From positions 32,001 to 96,000 of IMG/VR virus record IMGVR_UViG_3300042896_000283: 64,000 nucleotides of DNA; one strand, 5' to 3'. Both the position numbers and the translations under genes were made by a program. The notes under the pieces were generated by a model. The model searched no databases and was not told the origin of the DNA. It worked only from the letters and a program-made list of their open reading frames with translations. The number at the start of each line of letters is the position of its first letter. Positions within the stretch are counted from its first letter, which is position 1. The DNA is from a virus. Positions 18,551 through 27,439 of the stretch are shown one piece after another.

Positions 18551-18736
18551 TTATACAGGTAATGTAGTAGTGGTTGTAGTAGTAGGAACGTAGTTACAGC
18601 ATTCATATGCTAAAATCTCACGCCATTTACCAACTTTTGGCTTATTTTTTCTAAGGATTAAGCTTCCTGCAACTATTCGGCCAGATCCATCGAATCTGAC
18701 AAAAGCCTTTAAAGGTCTTGAATCAATGCTTCCCAT
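18551..18736 (-). CDS. Small protein with C-terminal poly-Thr tail (paralog 2)
   Basis: KAFVRFDGSGRIV...KPKVG.W.EI.A.ECCNYVPTTTTTTTLPV. Confidence 0.75.
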   Translation of the reverse strand: MGSIDSRPLKAFVRFDGSGRIVAGSLILRKNKPKVGKWREILAYECCNYVPTTTTTTTLPV

Positions 18737-18753
18737 TTGTTTTAAATTTAGGG

Positions 18754-19770
18754 TTAATAGTTTAGGTTATATTTTTGTTTTAGTTCATTAAGTTTAGTTG
18801 CATAGAACCAGGTGCAATATTTTTTTGATCTTTCATCATTAAGAATAACATTTAAGTTAGCATCTTTTGTTGGATCAGTTCCCATATGATATTTACCTTT
18901 GTAAAAGGCTGGGTAACCATTTCCTGTCTCAGAAACTATTCCTGCATTATGAAAGATTGTATGTGTATCTAATTTGATAATAGGATCTGTAGCCCAAGCA
19001 AATGCTAATTCAGGCACCACTCTTGTTTCTTGTTCTCTAAACCATAGGTTCCATAAAACTGCCCACATATCTGCACACCAACTTTGATATCCAGAATTCT
19101 CATCTTTAAAGAACTCTCTATTTATTTTTTGTAAATATGTTCTTATAAGGATACAATCATTCATCACCTTACTCCAGAAGTTTGCATCTACATTCTTTAA
19201 TAAATATTGTGCTCCTCCTGAATGATCATTATTAGCTTCAGCTATTTCTCTACTTATTCCTATAATACTAGCAAGTTCTCCAAGGATATCTCTACTCTTG
19301 TATTCTTCTAGCTTCTCTGGAATCACTTGATGTATCTTACTATCAAAATACTTAGCATTGATATAGCTATTTGTATCTGATAAGTAGTTAATATCATCCT
19401 CTAAGAATTTATCTAGATTGAAATCCTTCATAAATAGAATATCACTATCACAATAGAAGATAGCTTTTTCATTCAGTTCTGGATGTTTTTTAAAATGTTT
19501 CCAAAGAACATATGGTCTTAGTACAGGAATATAGATTCCTAATAACTGATTTAGATTATCTTCATCTGCATAGTAATGAAACTCTGCTTCTGGATATAGA
19601 TCTTCTATCTGTTTCCACTTATCTCTATTCTCTCTTCCTTTAGGAGTGAATATAACAGATATTGCTTTATCAGAATGTCCTATTTCCTTTAAGCTCTCAA
19701 GCCAAAGATTTACTTGCCATGTATAGTAAATATCACTAGGACACGCTTGTAAAAATTTTAAATCTTTCAT
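18754..19770 (-). CDS. GT-A glycosyltransferase resembling protein O-glycosyltransferases (HPAT/SERGT1-like)
   Basis: YYTWQ, YIPVLRPYVL, FYCDSDILF (DxD), GGAQY, SWCADMWA, IFHNAG. Confidence 0.65.
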   Translation of the reverse strand: MKDLKFLQACPSDIYYTWQVNLWLESLKEIGHSDKAISVIFTPKGRENRDKWKQIEDLYPEAEFHYYADEDNLNQLLGIYIPVLRPYVLWKHFKKHPELNEKAIFYCDSDILFMKDFNLDKFLEDDINYLSDTNSYINAKYFDSKIHQVIPEKLEEYKSRDILGELASIIGISREIAEANNDHSGGAQYLLKNVDANFWSKVMNDCILIRTYLQKINREFFKDENSGYQSWCADMWAVLWNLWFREQETRVVPELAFAWATDPIIKLDTHTIFHNAGIVSETGNGYPAFYKGKYHMGTDPTKDANLNVILNDERSKKYCTWFYATKLNELKQKYNLNY

Positions 19771-19798
19771 AATGTAGTTGGTTTTTTGTTTTTATTCT

Positions 19799-19936
19799 TT
19801 ATATAGGTGCAACTGTTGTAGTTGTAGTTGTCGTACATTTAGCTGTTACACATATTAATTTTTCTAATTCTTTAGATATTGTCCATAGGAGATTACTTTG
19901 TGTACTCCAACCTATTTGTCTTGATGGTATAGCCAT
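19799..19936 (-). CDS. 45-aa protein: fibre anchor A plus poly-Thr tail (not in ORF track)
   Basis: MAIPSRQIGWSTQSNLLWTISKELEKLICVTAKCTTTTTTVAPI*; N-terminus matches 19949..21424. Confidence 0.75.
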   Translation of the reverse strand: MAIPSRQIGWSTQSNLLWTISKELEKLICVTAKCTTTTTTTVAPI

Positions 19937-19948
19937 TTTTTATTTTTA

Positions 19949-21424
19949 TTAAACTATTGTTAATATTCCTAAATTTTTCCAAACAGCACCAGTTGGTAAA
20001 CCAGCTGGACTTGTTGGAATATTCATAATTGATAAGTTGTTTACAAATGTAGTGCCACCCATATTAGCAGTTATATTACTACCAACAATAAAAGTATTAG
20101 CATAACTACTTGATATAGTATTATATCCACCACCTAAAATTGCTGAAACATATCCAGAATTATTATTATTTTTACCTCCTCCAACAAATGTATAAAAACC
20201 AGCTGAAACATTATTAAATCCTCCACTTACTGTTCCGTAATTTCCAGAAGCAGTATTGGTACTACCTCCACTAACTGACGAAACCGCTCCAGAAGCAATA
20301 TTATTTTTACCGCCACTTACTACTGAACTATAATTTGAACTGGAATTTGCTTGTCCTCCACCAATAGAAGACCAACCGCCAGATGACACATTTCCAACTC
20401 CACCACTCACTGTGGCAAATCCAGCACTTACAGTATTAGATTTACCACCTCCAACAATAGAATATCCACTATAAGCGTGATTACCAACGCCTCCACCAAC
20501 TGTTGATCCAAAACCCGATGATAAATTACTTCTACCTCCACCAATTGTTCCAAAACTATAAGAAGCAGAGTTGCTACATCCACCTCCAATTGTAGATTTA
20601 TCTCCAGAAGAAGTGTTTCCATATCCACCACCTACTGTTGAAGCATAAGAAGAAGCTAAATTGTGATAACCTCCACCTACTGTTGAAAATGTACAAGAAG
20701 AAGTATTATTTTGACCACCCCCTATCATAGAATAATAACCAGAAGCATTATTAGAACTACCTCCAGAAATTACTGAACGAGTACCAGAAGCAATATTTGA
20801 AGCACCTCCACCAATAAAAGATTGATTACCAGAAGCAGTATTGAAAATACCACCACCAATTGTTGAATAATTATAAGAAGCAGTATTATTTTTACCTCCA
20901 GATATTGTTGAAAGAATACCAGAAGCAATATTGTATAAACCACCTCCTAAAAAAGAACCATACGCACTTGATAAATTTGCTCTCCCTCCTACAATTGTAG
21001 AAAGATAGCCAGTTGATTGATTGTTAGTTCCTCCAGAAATTATAGTTCCATAATTATAAGCAAGATTATTAAAACCACCACCTATTGTTGTACCCTGACT
21101 ACAAGCAATATTACCAGCACCCCCGCCAATTGTAGCATAATAATTAGAAGATATATTATTTTTACCTCCTCCAATTACTGAAAAATTTGAAGTAGCATTA
21201 TTATACGAACCTCCTCCAATAGTAGCATTTAACCCACTCGCATCATTAGTACCCAATACTGGTTGAATACCAGTAGCATTAGCATTATATTCAAATGGAC
21301 CTGATCCACCAGGAGTAGGAACAACAGAAGCTGTTACCTTTGTTAAATATTCTATTTGTTTAGCAATTTGCCATAATAGGTTTGATTCTGTTCCCCAACC
21401 TATTTGTTTACTTGGTATAGCCAT
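19949..21424 (-). CDS. Fibre/spike protein with 14-aa (S/A)T(I/V)GGGxxNxAS repeats
   Basis: Roughly 27 tandem 14-residue repeats (beta-roll adhesin-like); C-terminus AGLPTGAVW. Confidence 0.75.
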   Translation of the reverse strand: MAIPSKQIGWGTESNLLWQIAKQIEYLTKVTASVVPTPGGSGPFEYNANATGIQPVLGTNDASGLNATIGGGSYNNATSNFSVIGGGKNNISSNYYATIGGGAGNIACSQGTTIGGGFNNLAYNYGTIISGGTNNQSTGYLSTIVGGRANLSSAYGSFLGGGLYNIASGILSTISGGKNNTASYNYSTIGGGIFNTASGNQSFIGGGASNIASGTRSVISGGSSNNASGYYSMIGGGQNNTSSCTFSTVGGGYHNLASSYASTVGGGYGNTSSGDKSTIGGGCSNSASYSFGTIGGGRSNLSSGFGSTVGGGVGNHAYSGYSIVGGGKSNTVSAGFATVSGGVGNVSSGGWSSIGGGQANSSSNYSSVVSGGKNNIASGAVSSVSGGSTNTASGNYGTVSGGFNNVSAGFYTFVGGGKNNNNSGYVSAILGGGYNTISSSYANTFIVGSNITANMGGTTFVNNLSIMNIPTSPAGLPTGAVWKNLGILTIV

Positions 21425-21438
21425 TATATATGTTTTTA

Positions 21439-22479
21439 TTAATAAATTTTTGTTAATGTAAAGTTTCTTGAAAATATTGAATTACCAGCAACATTTGTAT
21501 CCCATTCTGCTGTAATTAAAAGTGTATTACTAACAGTTGTGTCAAATGTTGTAGTATTGATATTAGTTAATACATATCCTTCAAATTGAGTTCCTCCATT
21601 TCTTATATAAGAAAATAATCCTCCTGATGAAATTGATGCCACTGTAGGTCCTCCTGTTGTTCTAATTGTAAAATACAAATTCATTATCCAAGACTTACTA
21701 GTTGCAGCAGCCATATCAATTAATCCTGTATCAGCTAAAAGAATACCAGCCAATGTTCTCACTCTAATACGTAAGTTCGCAGAAGATCCACAAGTAACTA
21801 ATCCATCTAATGCACATATAAAACTATCTCCACTAGTAAAAGAATTTGCAGGAACAGTTAATGAACCTACACCTGTTCCTATTATTGTTGTTTCTACTGC
21901 TGTACCTGTTACAGGTGCTCCATCAGCTGTTTGAGCATATAAACCTGGTAATCCTGCAGGACCTTGAGCACCTGTATCACCTTTAACTCCTTGTATTCCC
22001 TGTGGACCTTGTTCTCCTTGAATACCTTGAGGACCAGCAGGTCCTTGATCTCCTTGAGGTCCTTTTATATCTCCAGCATCAAACCAGTTTGTTCCATTCC
22101 AACTCATTAATGATCCATCAGATAAAAGAATCCATGCATCACCAACATTAGCTCCAGGCATACTTCCTGCACCAGCTAAGAAAGCTGCATAATCTGCGTA
22201 GCTTCCTAATATAGTTACAGAGTTACCAGCAGTTCCTTGAGGACCCTGATCACCCTGTGTTCCTTGTATTCCTTGTATTCCTTGGTCTCCTTGCATACCT
22301 TGCATACCTTGCTCACCCTGAATTCCTTGTGGACCTTCAGGACCTATTGGACCCTGTGGACCAGGAACACCTGGACCAGCAATATCTGATATAAGTTTAT
22401 CAAGATTAAGCCACCCTTTGTATCCTGTACAAGGTTTGCAAAGTTGTTCCCAAAATCCTGCTTTAATAAATGTTGCCAT
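21439..22479 (-). CDS. Collagen-like fibre protein
   Basis: Two (Gly-X-Y)n tracts; likely start MATFIKAGFW at 22479. Confidence 0.8.
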   Translation of the reverse strand: MATFIKAGFWEQLCKPCTGYKGWLNLDKLISDIAGPGVPGPQGPIGPEGPQGIQGEQGMQGMQGDQGIQGIQGTQGDQGPQGTAGNSVTILGSYADYAAFLAGAGSMPGANVGDAWILLSDGSLMSWNGTNWFDAGDIKGPQGDQGPAGPQGIQGEQGPQGIQGVKGDTGAQGPAGLPGLYAQTADGAPVTGTAVETTIIGTGVGSLTVPANSFTSGDSFICALDGLVTCGSSANLRIRVRTLAGILLADTGLIDMAAATSKSWIMNLYFTIRTTGGPTVASISSGGLFSYIRNGGTQFEGYVLTNINTTTFDTTVSNTLLITAEWDTNVAGNSIFSRNFTLTKIY

Positions 22480-22559
22480 GATTAATGTTGTAAGTATCAA
22501 AGGTATAAGTTTTATACTTACATACAATGACTGTTGTTAAATTAAAATAACTAAAAAAA

Positions 22560-22784
22560 TTATCTTACATAATGTAAAATAATTGAAGGAGTTATTGTTG
22601 CTATTATATCTTTATAATCAAATCCTTTGTAATCTATTTGATCTTTAATTTCTTTACCTAAAGCAACTAGAAATACAATTCCTATGCTATATAAATCATT
22701 TAGAAAACATTGACTAATAATGAATATTACAAATCCATATATAAAATGGTTTGCTTTATCTAATGGTATCAAAGGTATTTTCAT
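22560..22784 (-). CDS. Small membrane protein (VanZ-like)
   Basis: DKANHF, hydrophobic helices, KE..D...FD..DI.AT. Confidence 0.55.
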   Translation of the reverse strand: MKIPLIPLDKANHFIYGFVIFIISQCFLNDLYSIGIVFLVALGKEIKDQIDYKGFDYKDIIATITPSIILHYVR

Positions 22785-22918
22785 TATCCTTGTCCATTAT
22801 AAATCTTCTTGTATTTCTTAGAAGATTTAAGTTTTGATGTTTGAGATTTAGCGTGCACACCTGGTCTGCTCACTTTAATCTTTACTGCTTTTTCTGATGT
22901 GTTGGTTGCTTTTGCCAT
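22784..22918 (-). CDS. Small basic phage protein (44 aa, not in ORF track)
   Basis: MAKAT...SRPGVHAKSQTSKLKSSKKYKKIYNGQG*; TAATG overlap with the next gene. Confidence 0.65.
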   Translation of the reverse strand: MAKATNTSEKAVKIKVSRPGVHAKSQTSKLKSSKKYKKIYNGQG

Positions 22919-22919
22919 G

Positions 22920-23399
22920 TTAAAATAAATTATATTCTAAAACTATACCATATCCACTAGGATTGTTTGGTTGTACGTAATAATTAATACCTGTACTAAA
23001 CTTAGTAAACTCAATCATTAAGTTTGTATATATAACAGGTTCTTTTAATGTAAATTTTATAGATTGTATACCAGCATATCCATGTATCTCAAATGATTTC
23101 TTGCTTTTGATAATCTCTTTATTGATATCAATTACACTTTTTTGATAGAATATGATTGAATCTTTTATACCTAATTGATTCTTAAACTCAATTTCTTTAT
23201 TCTGATAATTTTTGATTCTTACTTCTTGTTCCTTGATGATGTTCTTAGCAAAATCATAACGTACAAGATCAGTAGCAACCTTCCTAGCAACATTTTCACT
23301 AAGGGTGACAATAGAATCATTTTTCTGGGTATTTTGTCCAAATATACTATTTGTTAGTAACAATATAGTAATTACTATTATTAAATTTTTAAGATACAT
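22920..23399 (-). CDS. Secreted coiled-coil protein, probable spanin-like lysis component
   Basis: Signal-peptide-like N-terminus, coiled coil, beta-strand C-terminus ending in F; in the lysis cassette. Confidence 0.5.
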   Translation of the reverse strand: MYLKNLIIVITILLLTNSIFGQNTQKNDSIVTLSENVARKVATDLVRYDFAKNIIKEQEVRIKNYQNKEIEFKNQLGIKDSIIFYQKSVIDINKEIIKSKKSFEIHGYAGIQSIKFTLKEPVIYTNLMIEFTKFSTGINYYVQPNNPSGYGIVLEYNLF

Positions 23400-23905
23400 C
23401 TTGCTTCTGTTATATTACGATTACCACTTATTTCTTTTAACTTAGAAGAAACACCTCCATTAGAAAGTTTATATTTTCTTTTTAAATAAATAATACTCTT
23501 ATTACTTAATACATCTAATCTAAATTCATTTAAATCAATAACCTTGTATGTAGGATTTAAATTTCCTTTTTTAGAATTTGCTATTTTTAATAATGCATAT
23601 TCAGTATGTTTATATCCAGTTGTATCAGGACCTCTGTTACCACCAATAGATACATTATAGTTATCTTTTTTAGATATCCATTTTTTATCAACTATAAATG
23701 ATTCTTCTTCATAAGCTTCTTTTAAAGAATCAAAAAAACAAAGTATTTCAATTTTAAAATTTAACTTTCCATATTTTAAAATAGCTTTTTTTAATTTATC
23801 TCCAGATCCTAAATATCCATCATTCAAGTTTTTAGTAGAATGTACTCCTATATAAGTTTTATCATTTACTAAATTTTTAGTTTGATATGTAAAATGATGA
23901 ATCAT
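23381..23905 (-). mobile_element. GIY-YIG (Seg-like) homing endonuclease
   Basis: FTYQTKNLVNDKTYIGVHST...GYLGSG...E...YN; NUMOD3-like GYKHTE. Confidence 0.85.
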
Positions 23906-24222
23906 TGTGAATATCTATCTGTGAAGTACTTTTGAAGCCCACTAACAGGCAAGCTATCAATAATCCTAATTTGTACATATTCTTTTTGTTTAATGATTTT
24001 GATTCTATTAACAATCACTGTATCCACTTTTGATAAACTATCAATAATCTTACTAGATTCATGATCTTTCTCTTCAAGAATAAGAATTTTATTCTCTAGC
24101 TTTTTAGTTTGTTCTATTAGAATAGTATTTTTATCTTGGTTATATAGTGTAAAGAATATCCATATAATGATAATAATCACTGCCAAGTACTGATCTTTTA
24201 AATAATCTAATACCTTATTCAT
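23902..24222 (-). CDS. Membrane-anchored coiled-coil protein, probable i-spanin-like
   Basis: N-terminal TM helix plus coiled coil, directly after the endolysin. Confidence 0.5.
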   Translation of the reverse strand: MNKVLDYLKDQYLAVIIIIIWIFFTLYNQDKNTILIEQTKKLENKILILEEKDHESSKIIDSLSKVDTVIVNRIKIIKQKEYVQIRIIDSLPVSGLQKYFTDRYSQ

Positions 24223-24617
24223 TAGTTAGTAATGTTTATAAAGATCTTTTCTATCTTTGATGTTGCTTTTAATTTTGTAAACAATGTTTTATATGTAGCT
24301 CTAGAGTTACCAATAAAGTTTAATGATTTACTACTACCTACAAGAATACATCCTTCTGTGTCAGTTGATTTGTTTCCACTGTGGATTCTTACGCCTTCAT
24401 ATCCAGGTACTGAAAGTAACAAAGGCATATATTGCTGAAAGTGATTAGAGAATGTAATTGCTATCTCATATTTTCCATAAGGAATAGCTGTAACATTTTG
24501 AATCTTCTTATCTCTAACTTTATCCTCTAACGTATAACACACAAATTTCCCATCAATAGAAAGTTCTCCTATTGTAGAATCATCTGTAAATATCTTTCTT
24601 TTAAGTTCTAGTATCAT
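24222..24617 (-). CDS. DUF5675-family putative endolysin
   Basis: STIGEL...CYTLED, AIPYGKY, GVRIHSGN...DTEGCILVG; between holin and spanin-like genes. Confidence 0.78.
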   Translation of the reverse strand: MILELKRKIFTDDSTIGELSIDGKFVCYTLEDKVRDKKIQNVTAIPYGKYEIAITFSNHFQQYMPLLLSVPGYEGVRIHSGNKSTDTEGCILVGSSKSLNFIGNSRATYKTLFTKLKATSKIEKIFINITN

Positions 24618-24625
24618 AGTTTATA

Positions 24626-24799
24626 TTAATTACCTGTTACATCATGATCTTTGGCAAAGTATCCAAATATTGCAATAGCGATAGCTAAACCAAATTTAGG
24701 CCAATCTTTTTTTAAATCTATTTCATCTGAAGCCAATGGTTGTACAGCTAACATACATGCTAGTATAATACCCATTGAGGTTGTTTTCCAGTTTTTCAT
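24626..24799 (-). CDS. Holin, 57 aa with two TM segments (not in ORF track)
   Basis: MKNWKTTSMGIILACMLAV...FGLAIAIAIFGYFAKD; upstream of the endolysin. Confidence 0.7.
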   Translation of the reverse strand: MKNWKTTSMGIILACMLAVQPLASDEIDLKKDWPKFGLAIAIAIFGYFAKDHDVTGN

Positions 24800-25119
24800 T
24801 ATGGTTTAAGATTTTTATATACAATAGACAAATATTGAATAAGTGCACCAAGAGATAATACAATTGCTATTGTCCAAGTGAACCTTTTCTTAAATTCTTC
24901 TTGTTTCTGTATCTTATCTTCTAATTGTTTAATTTTTTCTTTAAGGTCATGTATATCAGCAACAAATCCCCCTGTTTTTGTTAATGCATTTCCTAATATT
25001 GCGTCTACAACTTGTGTTAATTTTGTATCTATAGAAGTCATTTTCTCCTCTAGATCGTACAGGCGAGTATCCATGCTTTTAAGTTCTTTTTCTACGTGTT
25101 TTTCAAATGCGTTTTCCAT
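24799..25119 (-). CDS. Coiled-coil protein with C-terminal TM (holin/antiholin-like)
   Basis: Heptad repeats followed by FTWTIAIVLSLGALIQY. Confidence 0.55.
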   Translation of the reverse strand: MENAFEKHVEKELKSMDTRLYDLEEKMTSIDTKLTQVVDAILGNALTKTGGFVADIHDLKEKIKQLEDKIQKQEEFKKRFTWTIAIVLSLGALIQYLSIVYKNLKP

Positions 25120-25207
25120 AAGGGGAGAGAGTGGGTGTTATTATAACATATATACGATTTATGAGTGTGTTCGTAATATTGCAATGATTGTACCAATTTA
25201 TATACAA

Positions 25208-25276
25208 CAAATATAAATCTTAATTCTCATATAATAAAATGGTTATGCTATATATTCTGCATAATATAGCATAACC
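25208..25276 (-). promoter_or_regulatory. 13-bp hairpin plus -7 box TATATTTG ahead of the lysis cassette
   Basis: GGTTATGCTATAT/ATATAGCATAACC (25241-25276); CAAATATA at 25208-25215. Confidence 0.55.
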
Positions 25277-25282
25277 TAAAAC

Positions 25283-25489
25283 TTATTTTAATCCATATTT
25301 AATCCACCTATACCAAACTCTTTCATGGATGTAGTATTGTATAGGTTTGTAAAGTAATTCTGCTATTCCAAATGCTGCTCCTATCTTAACAGATCCTGTT
25401 ATAACCAGCATTATTGTAAAGCCAATTAGTGTACTTAGAAGTCTATAACTAATTGTTTTTGCTATGTGTCTTTTCTTTTCAACATTCAT
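25283..25489 (-). CDS. DUF2061 small membrane protein
   Basis: RHIAKTISYR...ITGS...E...K...YYIHERVW. Confidence 0.85.
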   Translation of the reverse strand: MNVEKKRHIAKTISYRLLSTLIGFTIMLVITGSVKIGAAFGIAELLYKPIQYYIHERVWYRWIKYGLK

Positions 25490-25722
25490 TAGTCTAAGAT
25501 TACAACATCACCTTTCCAACTAATCTTATTTGGGTTACATGTTAAGTGATGTTTATTTACAAGTTCTTGTCTTGAGCTATCCCATACATCATCTCTTGTT
25601 GTATGAGTTGGAACATTAATAACTATATTAGCACATATATGTTCTACACCATCAATTAATATTCTCCAGAATGTATGATTATCATCACACAATGTATTAT
25701 ATCTAATTTGTACTAAACTCAT
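25489..25722 (-). CDS. Hypothetical protein
   Basis: 77-aa ORF, translationally coupled within the cassette. Confidence 0.6.
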   Translation of the reverse strand: MSLVQIRYNTLCDDNHTFWRILIDGVEHICANIVINVPTHTTRDDVWDSSRQELVNKHHLTCNPNKISWKGDVVILD

Positions 25723-26120
25723 AGCTTTCCATCTTTACGCATTTGTTCTCTGATCTTTGTAGCAGATATATCTCCTATCTCTGTAGGTGGAATATGTTCT
25801 ATAATATCATAACCAACACCTCTTCCAAACTCTACAGAACATATATCTGGAACTATCATGATTTTGATTCTTCCTTCTTCTATAAGAGAATGATAATGTG
25901 CATTTATGTTATCATATACTTCTTCTGCTGTAAAAGGATTCTTTTCATTCACTTGTCCATCACGAATGCATATAAGCACATTCTTTCCTTCATCTAGAGC
26001 TCCTTTAAACAAAGCTTGGTGCCCAAGGTGCAATGGTTGCCATCTTCCAATAAACATTGCAAACTGTCCTTCTTTAGAAGGAATTGATGATTCTACGTGT
26101 ATCTTTTTAGTCCAACTCAT
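25719..26120 (-). CDS. Minimal HIGH-class nucleotidyltransferase (candidate ATP sulfurylase)
   Basis: FIGRWQPLHLGH, NPF, ISATKIRE; adjacent to APS kinase. The sulfurylase role is inferred. Confidence 0.7.
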   Translation of the reverse strand: MSWTKKIHVESSIPSKEGQFAMFIGRWQPLHLGHQALFKGALDEGKNVLICIRDGQVNEKNPFTAEEVYDNINAHYHSLIEEGRIKIMIVPDICSVEFGRGVGYDIIEHIPPTEIGDISATKIREQMRKDGKL

Positions 26121-26560
26121 TTTATTAGTTTTAAAATTTTAGCAATTGATTCTTCTGGTGTATCATCTGTAGTATCTACATCAATAAAGTTCTCTAATGG
26201 AGCTTCATAATTTGCTACTCTGAAATGATCTCTTTCTCTAGGTGAGTCTGTATGAACATATAGTTCTATAAGATCTGCACCAAGCATAGATTTAAGTTCT
26301 TCTCTTTGCCATCTGTAAGGAGCAATAAGAGAAACCACCACTGTGTAATCTTGGTTATATAAATAGTGTGCTATCTTCTGTGCACCTTTAACATTATCTA
26401 TTCTTCCTTGTTCAGAGAAATCTACATTTAATGTAAGGGCTCTTAGATCATCACCATCTATATGAAATACTTTTCCATATTTTTCTAGTTCTTCTTTTAG
26501 TAATTTAGCCAACACTGTTTTACCATGTGAAGGCTGTCCTGTAAACCAATATACTGCCAT
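26117..26560 (-). CDS. cysC: Adenylylsulfate (APS) kinase
   Basis: WFTGQPSHGKT, IDGDDLR, FSEQGRIDN, SLIAPY...RE, YEAP. Confidence 0.85.
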   Translation of the reverse strand: MAVYWFTGQPSHGKTVLAKLLKEELEKYGKVFHIDGDDLRALTLNVDFSEQGRIDNVKGAQKIAHYLYNQDYTVVVSLIAPYRWQREELKSMLGADLIELYVHTDSPRERDHFRVANYEAPLENFIDVDTTDDTPEESIAKILKLIK

Positions 26561-27429
26561 TATTTCAATGCTTTAATTATATCCTCACTATTAAATATAT
26601 TTCCTAGCTCTGTGTATGGACATCTAGAGATATCTTCGAATAATGGAAGTTTCTGTAAATATGCATTATCAAAGTTTAATTCTTTATCTGGAGTGTTAGC
26701 ATCTAAATTAGCATGCATATCATAACCAAACACTTTAGAACTTGTTCCTATCCAACATACAAGACTTGGTAATCCTAGAGCTGCAGCAATATGCATAGCA
26801 GATGAATCAATAAGAAGTCTTCTTTGTGCTAATGATAATAAAACAGCTATACTTCTGAATGAATCAAGAGCTCCTACTGTATCTGCATACATTGGTTGAT
26901 CCTCACGTTTGATATGTACAATTGTATAATCTTTTTTGTAATGTTGTATTACATCATTAATTACTGGAGCTGGAATATCTCTAACCCAACTATAGTTCAA
27001 TGGTTGATCTATTGGCCCACCATTAGGCTGTATAGCCATAATAGGTTTTTCTAATTGGTAGAATGGAGCAAAGTATTCCACTTCTGCTTTAGAGATAAAC
27101 AATTCAGGTAGTTCATTATTATATGGTACCTCACATAACTTACACCAGATTTCAATTAAATGTTTTGATTCTGTTAAGTAGTCTGATGTTGTATAAGGAT
27201 CTGTAATAAATACCTTTGCATCCTTACCTCCTATGTAATCTTTATATAATCCTAATGTAGTTCCATGAACTATCACCTTATTTACATTTGGATTACCAAT
27301 AAATACATCTGGGTAAGATGTAAGAACAATTACATTTGCTTTAGGGTGTTCAGTTCTAATAGCTTTTAATACAGCTGTAGATAAGATATTCTTACCTAAG
27401 CCTCCTGATATATCAAATATTATATTCAT
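26560..27429 (-). CDS. Glycosyltransferase family 9 (heptosyltransferase-like, GT-B)
   Basis: GGLGKNILST..LKAIR...P, IDSSAMHIAAALGLP; likely start MNIIF at 27429. Confidence 0.78.
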   Translation of the reverse strand: MNIIFDISGGLGKNILSTAVLKAIRTEHPKANVIVLTSYPDVFIGNPNVNKVIVHGTTLGLYKDYIGGKDAKVFITDPYTTSDYLTESKHLIEIWCKLCEVPYNNELPELFISKAEVEYFAPFYQLEKPIMAIQPNGGPIDQPLNYSWVRDIPAPVINDVIQHYKKDYTIVHIKREDQPMYADTVGALDSFRSIAVLLSLAQRRLLIDSSAMHIAAALGLPSLVCWIGTSSKVFGYDMHANLDANTPDKELNFDNAYLQKLPLFEDISRCPYTELGNIFNSEDIIKALK

Positions 27430-27439
27430 AGTTGTTGGT

